From Perna viridis (lineage: Eukaryota), in contig CM074521.1 in NCBI GenBank assembly GCA_037379345.1, forward strand, positions 26,064,704-26,128,703: DNA of 64,000 nucleotides. Reading direction: 5' to 3'. This document shows, piece by piece, positions 57,201 through 64,000 of this stretch (position 1 is the stretch's first letter; the number at the start of each line of letters is the position of its first letter). The notes under the pieces are model-generated. The model was not told the origin of the DNA, made no database searches, and worked only from the letters and a program-made list of their open reading frames with translations. A program made the position numbers and the translations under genes.

Positions 57201-60200
57201 CTCGTCATTACATGCAAAGAAAACATAATTTGTTATTTCTCGAACCATTTTAAGTTGACAAAATCAATTGAATTTTTAGACAAGTGTATATCTCTTCCAA
57301 CAGAACTTTTGTACTTGACAGTTGCATAAACAGTATCAAATATTTCTGAACTAACCTGTACTTGATGTACTTGGTGGTGCAGTTGTACTGGTTACTTTCT
57401 TTGAGACAGAAGAAACAGGTGTGGTAGCAGTTGTTGTTGATTCTGCAAAATAATTAAGAATATCAATTGTTTGTGACAAAGATAAAAGATTATTGCACAA
57501 CAAATGTTATGAAAACCAAAATCTTTAAAAGTATTGTCACATAACTACAATGCACAAACTGATGTCTACCAAAAATGATGCTAAGGTATTGTTTTGTTGA
57601 TTTCCACTGTTCTTAACAAATAAAATAATTAATATTCCATCATATAAAAGTCACATACCAAGTTCAAAGCAAGCATGGATCTGTACTTGGAGCTTAACTG
57701 GTTTGTAGGCATCAATCTTATCTTGAGGAGTTATGATGATTTCAACTTTCTTCACATCTGGTTCAGTTCCTACATTTGTTGCTACTTCATTCACAGGAAC
57801 CTGAAATAAGGCAATATGATTTTAATCAACTACCAAATGGCAAATCATGCTCACTACCACCACATTCAATTGCACAAAAATACACAGACAAACATCTTTC
57901 AATTTATTTGGTATGAACACTCATGAAAAAATGCAGATACAAACACAACAAAAGTTCAATATCCTACCTGTTTTGTTGTCACAGTGCCATCAGGAGCAGT
58001 GAATTTCACAGTGAATGATTTAATGTTATCAGTTGAAACCAATTTCACTTCTTTTATAGGTCTCTCCTCTGAAGGTGTGTATTCCACAGAAAGTGTTGGT
58101 TGGGAACTTTCAAATGGGGTCTTAGATGTTGGTCTCAAGTCTTCAACATTTCCTGTACTATCACTAACAGACAATTCACTACTTGGAATAAATGTTGGTG
58201 ACTCCATACCATCTGTTATTTCGCAAACAGGAGTTGTACTGGCAGTTCCTGTAAAGCAACAAAAACTCCAATCAATATCAGCTGCTGTAAGTTATGTTTG
58301 CCAGAAATATTTCTCAACAAAACATGTTCTGTTGACTCAAAAAGTGATGGTCCACATTTTTATACAGATGTAAGGGATATAACAAAACGTACCTGTAGTA
58401 GTAATGCCTGGTGGTGTGGCTGTACTTGAAACTTTCTCTGAGGTTGAACTTACAGCAGTGGTTACTGTAGTTGTTGATTCTATGAAAGAAAACCAATAGA
58501 CACTGTAACTACATAGATCAAATTAATAGACTGATACCTACATTACAAATCAGATTTATAACAGAATTTAACACTGACTGCATGTTCAGGAAAAGATTGT
58601 GTATTCAAAACAAAGCAAAAAAAAGAACAGATGACTGGAAAATAATCAAATGACTTATTATCTAATTTCGGCAATTAGTATTCTTCAAGAAAACAATTTT
58701 AAACAACTGATTTGATACTGCCAACATTATTCACTGAAACACCAATCAAACTGATCACTGATGTTATGGTATATTCATTCAACCACAATAAGGCATTCAC
58801 ATACGTACCAACTTCAAAGCAAGCATGTATCTGTATTTGGAGTTTGACTGGTTTGTAAGCGTCAATTTTGTCCTCAGGTGTTACAATAATTTCAACTTTC
58901 TTTACAAATGGTCTTGTTCCAACACTTGTTGCAACCTCATCCACAGGTACCTGTACAAAAATCAAAAACATGTATATACAACCTTTCTACATGTAGCAAT
59001 CAAAGCATAACCATAATCACAATATTAGTTATGGAAAATGTCTAGGATTTACGAGTCATTCACTGTACGGTTTATTTGAATTGCAAAGAAAAACTCTAAC
59101 ATGATAACTGCGAAGAAAGCATACCTGTTTTGTTGTCACTGAACCATCGGGATTAGTGAATTTCACTGTAAATGATTTAATGTTGTCCGTTGACACCAGC
59201 TTAACTTCTTTTACAGGTCTTTCTTCTGACGGTGTGTATACTATGGAAAGTGTTGGTTCAGAACTTTCAAATGGAGTATCAGAGGTTGGTCTCAGGTTCT
59301 CAATATTTCCTGTTTTGTCACTCACAGATAATTCACTACTTGGAATAAATGTAGGTGACTCCATACCATCTGTTATTTCACAAAGAGGAGTTGTACTGGC
59401 TGTTCCTGTAAAACAATCAGGTCACTCTCGTCATTACATGCAAAGAAAACATAATTTGTTATTTCTCGAACCATTTTAAGTTGACAAAATCAATTGAATT
59501 TTTAGACAAGTGTATCATCTCTTCCAACAGAACTTTTGTACTTGACAGTTGCATAAACAGTATCAAATATTTCTGAACTAACCTGTACTTGATGTACTTG
59601 GTGGTGCAGTTGTACTGGTTACTTTCTTTGAGACAGAAGAAACAGGTGTGGTAGCAGTTGTTGTTGATTCTGCAAAATAATTAAGAATATCAATTGTTTG
59701 TGACAAAGATAAAAGATTATTGCACAACAAATGTTATGAAAACCAAAATCTTTAAAAGTATTGTCACATAACTACAATGCACAAACTGATGTCTACCAAA
59801 AATGATGCTAAGGTATTGTTTTGTTGATTTCCACTGTTCTTAACAAATAAAATAATTAATATTCCATCATATAAAAGTCACATACCAAGTTCAAAGCAAG
59901 CATGGATCTGTACTTGGAGCTTGACTGGTTTGTAGGCATCAATCTTATCTTGAGGAGTTATGATGATTTCAACTTTCTTCACATCTGGTTCAGTTCCTAC
60001 ATTTGTTGCTACTTCATTCACAGGAACCTGAAATAAGGCAATATGATTTTAATCAACTACCAAATGGCAAATCATGCTCACTACCACCACATTCAATTGC
60101 ACAAAAATACACAGACAAACATCTTTCAATTTATTTGGTATGAACACTCATGAAAAAATGCAGATACAAATACAACAAAAGTTCAATATCCTACCTGTTT

Positions 60201-63200
60201 TGTTGTCACAGTGCCATCAGGAGCAGTGAATTTCACAGTGAATGATTTAATGTTATCAGTTGAAACCAATTTCACTTCTTTTATAGGTCTCTCCTCTGAA
60301 GGTGTGTATTCCACAGAAAGAGTTGGTTGGGAACTTTCAAATGGGGTCTTAGATGTTGGTCTCAAGTCTTCAACATTTCCTGTACTATCACTAACAGACA
60401 ATTCACTACTTGGAATAAATGTTGGTGACTCCATACCATCTGTTATTTCGCAAACAGGAGTTGTACTGGCAGTTCCTGTAAAGCAACAAAAACTCCAATC
60501 AATATCAGCTGCTGTAAGTTATGTTTGCCAGAAATATTTCTCAACAAAACATGTTCTGTTGACTCAAAAAGTGATGGTCCACATTTTTATACAGATGTAA
60601 GGGATATAACAAAACGTACCTGTAGTAGTAATGCCTGGTGGTGTGGCTGTACTTGAAACTTTCTCTGAGGTTGAACTTACAGCAGTGGTTACTGTAGTTG
60701 TTGATTCTATGAAAGAAAACCAATAGACACTGTAACTACATAGATCAAATTAATAGACTGATACCTACATTACAAATCAGATTTATAACAGAATTTAACA
60801 CTGACTGCATGTTCAGGAAAAGATTGTGTATTCAAAACAAAGCAAAAAAAAGAACAGATGACTGGAAAATAATCAAATGACTTATTATCTAATTTCGGCA
60901 ATTAGTATTCTTCAAGAAAACAATTTTAAACAACTGATTTGATACTGCCAACATTATTCACTGAAACACCAATCAAACTGATCACTGATGTTTTGGTATA
61001 TTCATTCAACCACAATAAGGCATTCACATACGTACCAACTTCAAAGCAAGCATGTATCTGTATTTGGAGTTTGACTGGTTTGTAAGCGTCAATTTTGTCC
61101 TCAGGTGTTACAATAATTTCAACTTTCTTTACAAATGGTCTTGTTCCAACACTTGTTGCAACCTCATCCACAGGTACCTGTACAAAAATCAAAAACATGT
61201 ATATACAACCTTTCTACATGTAGCAATCAAAGCATAACCATAATCACAATATTAGTTATAGAAAATGTCTAGGATTTACGAGTCATTCACTGTACGGTTT
61301 ATTTGAATTGCAAAGAAAAACTCTAACATGATAACTGCGAAGAAAGCATACCTGTTTTGTTGTCACTGAACCATCGGGATTAGTGAATTTCACTGTAAAT
61401 GATTTAATGTTGTCCGTTGACACCAGCTTAACTTCTTTTACAGGTCTTTCTTCTGACGGTGTGTATACTATGGAAAGTGTTGGTTCAGAACTTTCAAATG
61501 GAGTATCAGAGGTTGGTCTCAGGTTCTCAATATTTCCTGTTTTGTCACTCACAGATAATTCACTACTTGGAATAAATGTAGGTGACTCCATACCATCTGT
61601 TATTTCACAAAGAGGAGTTGTACTGGCTGTTCCTGTAAAACAATCAGGTCACTCTCGTCATTACATGCAAAGAAAACATAATTTGTTATTTCTCGAACCA
61701 TTTTAAGTTGACAAAATCAATTGAATTTTTAGACAAGTGTATCATCTCTTCCAACAGAACTTTTGTACTTGACAGTTGCATAAACAGTATCAAATATTTC
61801 TGAACTAACCTGTACTTGATGTACTTGGTGGTGCAGTTGTACTGGTTACTTTCTTTGAGACAGAAGAAACAGGTGTGGTAGCAGTTGTTGTTGATTCTGC
61901 AAAATAATTAAGAATATCAATTGTTTGTGACAAAGATAAAAGATTATTGCACAACAAATGTTATGAAAACCAAAATCTTTAAAAGTATTGTCACATAACT
62001 ACAATGCACAAACTGATGTCTACCAAAAATGATGCTAAGGTATTGTTTTGTTGATTTCCACTGTTCTTAACAAATAAAATAATTAATATTCCATCATATA
62101 AAAGTCACATACCAAGTTCAAAGCAAGCATGGATCTGTACTTGGAGCTTGACTGGTTTGTAGGCATCAATCTTATCTTGAGGAGTTATGATGATTTCAAC
62201 TTTCTTCACATCTGGTTCAGTTCCTACATTTGTTGCTACTTCATTCACAGGAACCTGAAATAAGGCAATATGATTTTAATCAACTACCAAATGGCAAATC
62301 ATGCTCACTACCACCACATTCAATTGCACAAAAATACACAGACAAACATCTTTCAATTTATTTGGTATGAACACTCATGAAAAAATGCAGATACAAACAC
62401 AACAAAAGTTCAATATCCTACCTGTTTTGTTGTCACAGTGCCATCAGGAGCAGTGAATTTCACAGTGAATGATTTAATGTTATCAGTTGAAACCAATTTC
62501 ACTTCTTTTATAGGTCTCTCCTCTGAAGGTGTGTATTCCACAGAAAGTGTTGGTTGGGAACTTTCAAATGGGGTCTTAGATGTTGGTCTCAAGTCTTCAA
62601 CATTTCCTGTACTATCACTAACAGACAATTCACTACTTGGAATAAATGTTGGTGACTCCATACCATCTGTTATTTCGCAAACAGGAGTTGTACTGGCAGT
62701 TCCTGTAAAGCAACAAAAACTCCAATCAATATCAGCTGCTGTAAGTTATGTTTGCCAGAAATATTTCTCAACAAAACATGTTCTGTTGACTCAAAAAGTG
62801 ATGGTCCACATTTTTATACAGATGTAAGGGATATAACAAAACGTACCTGTAGTAGTAATGCCTGGTGGTGTGGCTGTACTTGAAACTTTCTCTGAGGTTG
62901 AACTTACAGCAGTGGTTACTGTAGTTGTTGATTCTATGAAAGAAAACCAATAGACACTGTAACTACATAGATCAAATTAATAGACTGATACCTACATTAC
63001 AAATCAGATTTATAACAGAATTTAACACTGACTGCATGTTCAGGAAAAGATTGTGTATTCAAAACAAAGCAAAAAAAAGAACAGATGACTGGAAAATAAT
63101 CAAATGACTTATTATCTAATTTCGGCAATTAGTATTCTTCAAGAAAACAATTTTAAACAACTGATTTGATACTGCCAACATTATTCACTGAAACACCAAT

Positions 63201-63859
63201 CAAACTGATCACTGATGTTTTGGTATATTCATTCAACCACAATAAGGCATTCACATACGTACCAACTTCAAAGCAAGCATGTATCTGTATTTGGAGTTTG
63301 ACTGGTTTGTAAGCGTCAATTTTGTCCTCAGGTGTTACAATAATTTCAACTTTCTTTACAAATGGTCTTGTTCCAACACTTGTTGCAACCTCATCCACAG
63401 GTACCTGTACAAAAATCAAAAACATGTATATACAACCTTTCTACATGTAGCAATCAAAGCATAACCATAATCACAATATTAGTTATGGAAAATGTCTAGG
63501 ATTTACGAGTCATTCACTGTACGGTTTATTTGAATTGCAAAGAAAAACTCTAACATGATAACTGCGAAGAAAGCATACCTGTTTTGTTGTCACTGAACCA
63601 TCGGGATTAGTGAATTTCACTGTAAATGATTTAATGTTGTCCGTTGACACCAGCTTAACTTCTTTTACAGGTCTTTCTTCTGACGGTGTGTATACTATGG
63701 AAAGTGTTGGTTCAGAACTTTCAAATGGAGTATCAGAGGTTGGTCTCAGGTTCTCAATATTTCCTGTTTTGTCACTCACAGATAATTCACTACTTGGAAT
63801 AAATGTAGGTGACTCCATACCATCTGTTATTTCACAAAGAGGAGTTGTACTGGCTGTTC
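1..63859 (-). CDS. Internal part of a giant multi-exon gene: mucin-like beads-on-a-string protein with alternating putative divergent F5/8 type C (discoidin-like) domains and Ser/Thr/Pro-rich linkers; ~172 exons and ~9,760 aa in this window, open at both ends
   Basis: Six exon classes per unit, all bounded by AG/GT on the minus strand with pyrimidine-rich acceptors; lengths 281+142+87 twice = 1020 nt, introns 167+225+177+174+329+144 = 1216 nt, total 2236 = the repeat period. Phases are compatible at every junction and I found no stop in the spliced frame. Exons are conserved between A and B halves while introns are not. Gene structure is well supported; the product call is less certain. Confidence 0.88.
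373..459 (-). CDS. Exon S-A, 87 nt, phase 1-1, Ser/Thr linker (E)STTTVTTAVSSTSEKVSSTATPPGITTT(G); 29 copies
   Basis: Acceptor ggttttctttcatAG|AATCA (plus CT 460-461), donor ACAG|GTACGT (plus AC 371-372). Same length and boundaries as paralogous exon S-B. This frame is missing from the ORF track. Confidence 0.85.
789..930 (-). CDS. Exon M-A, 142 nt, phase 0-1: VPVDEVATSVGTRPFVKKVEIIVTPEDKIDAYKPVKLQIQIHACFEV; 29 copies
   Basis: Acceptor gatttttgtacAG|GTACCT (plus CT 931-932), donor GTTG|GTACGT (plus AC 787-788); 39/47 aa identical to M-B, with similarity ending at the splice sites. Confidence 0.9.
1105..1385 (-). CDS. Exon L-A, 281 nt, phase 1-0: (G)TASTTPLCEITDGMESPTFIPSSELSVSDKTGNIENLRPTSDTPFESSEPTLSIVYTPSEERPVKEVKLVSTDNIKSFTVKFTNPDGSVTTKQ; 29 copies
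   Basis: Acceptor ctgattgttttacAG|GAACAGCC (plus CT 1386-1387), donor AAACAG|GTATGC (plus AC 1103-1104); 82/93 aa identical to the Phe allele of L-B. Confidence 0.92.
1563..1649 (-). CDS. Exon S-B, 87 nt, phase 1-1, Ser/Thr linker (E)STTTATTPVSSVSKKVTSTTAPPSTSST(G); 28 copies
   Basis: Acceptor ttaattattttgcAG|AATCA (plus CT 1650-1651), donor ACAG|GTTAGT (plus AC 1561-1562). Missing from the ORF track. Confidence 0.86.
1733..1750. repeat. Intronic 9-bp direct repeat (TAAAAGTAT)x2; one versus two copies defines the 2227 versus 2236 bp unit types
   Basis: tttaaaagtattaaaagtattgtc here versus tttaaaagtattgtc at ~24092 and in all units from ~44162 on. Confidence 0.95.
1875..2016 (-). CDS. Exon M-B, 142 nt, phase 0-1: VPVNEVATNVGTEPDVKKVEIIITPQDKIDAYKPVKLQVQIHACFEL; 28 copies
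   Basis: Acceptor ccttatttcAG|GTTCCT (plus CT 2017-2018), donor CTTG|GTATGT (plus AC 1873-1874). Missing from the ORF track; found by homology to M-A. Confidence 0.9.
2184..2464 (-). CDS. Exon L-B, 281 nt, phase 1-0: (G)TASTTPVCEITDGMESPT[Y/F]IPSSELSVSDSTGNVEDLRPTSKTPFESSQPTLSVEYTPSEERPIKEVKLVSTDNIKSFTVKFTAPDGTVTTKQ; 28 full copies plus 1 partial
   Basis: Acceptor tttacAG|GAACTG (plus CT 2465-2466), donor AAACAG|GTAGGA (plus AC 2182-2183). Confidence 0.92.
37314..37391 (-). CDS. Variant exon S-B with in-frame 9-nt deletion (78 nt; loses Pro-Ser-Thr)
   Basis: Plus strand reads acctgtacttgatg^gtgcag instead of acctgtacttgatgTACTTGGTGgtgcag; splice sites intact; together with the intronic 9-bp loss it explains the 2218 bp spacing of this unit. 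Confidence 0.9.
62422..62702 (-). CDS. Exon L-B, most upstream copy in window
   Basis: Same boundaries as 2184-2464, offset from the Met codon at 62661. Confidence 0.88.
62847..62933 (-). CDS. Exon S-A, most upstream copy in window
   Basis: Same sequence and splice sites as 373-459. Confidence 0.85.
63263..63404 (-). CDS. Exon M-A, most upstream copy in window
   Basis: Acceptor at plus CT 63405-63406; same as 789-930. Confidence 0.88.
63579..63859 (-). CDS. Exon L-A, first exon of the window in transcription order
   Basis: Acceptor at plus CT 63860-63861; 63860-64000 is the preceding intron, so the gene continues upstream. Confidence 0.9.
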
Positions 63860-64000
63860 CTGTAAAACAATCAGGTCACTCTCGTCATTACATGCAAAGA
63901 AAACATAATTTGTTATTTCTCGAACCATTTTAAGTTGACAAAATCAATTGAATTTTTAGACAAGTGTATCATCTCTTCCAACAGAACTTTTGTACTTGAC

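Larger units (their letters stand above)
1..64000. repeat. Tandem array (coding macrosatellite) of ~28.7 units of ~2.23 kb, each an A/B dimer of ~1.1 kb half-units
   Basis: Homologous Met codon of exon L-A recurs at 1344, 3580, 5816, 8052, 10288, 12524, 14760, 16995, 19230, 21466, 23705, 25932, 28159, 30395, 32631, 34859, 37095, 39313, 41540, 43776, 46003, 48230, 50457, 52684, 54911, 57138, 59364, 61591, 63818 (29 copies; spacings 2218-2239). The array runs off both window edges. Confidence 0.99.

Noticed and set aside
1-64000. Non-coding satellite, CRISPR array, rDNA/histone/snRNA cluster or tandem transposon
   Set aside because: No short repeat with unique spacers, no recognisable RNA gene or histone sequence, and no transposase/RT motifs or terminal repeats. 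The exon-conserved, intron-diverged A/B pattern indicates protein coding.
1-64000. Bacterial giant adhesin or S-layer repeat gene
   Set aside because: The frame is continuous only after removing GT-AG introns; genomic frames close every few hundred bases.

Overview
The whole window is the interior of one giant spliced eukaryotic (probably invertebrate animal) gene on the minus strand; neither start nor stop is in view. It is a head-to-tail array of about 28.7 copies of a 2218-2239 bp unit (mostly 2236 bp on the left, 2227 bp on the right). Each unit is a dimer of two diverged half-units (A and B). Each half-unit has three GT-AG exons of 281, 142 and 87 nt (510 nt, 170 aa; intron phases 0,1,1). 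Splicing them gives one open frame of about 172 exons and roughly 9,760 aa within this window alone. The frame holds 57 complete copies of a ~130-aa two-cysteine domain that by motif pattern resembles a divergent discoidin/F5-8 type C fold, alternating with ~37-aa Ser/Thr/Pro-rich mucin-like linkers. Units are near-identical including introns, yet A and B halves are only ~82% identical in protein and have unalignable introns. Variants show local duplications of 1, 2 and 3 units, a positional gradient, CpG decay and apparent frame-preserving selection. The ORFs in the supplied track are exon fragments or antisense shadows, not genes. Family assignment is by eye, not by database search.
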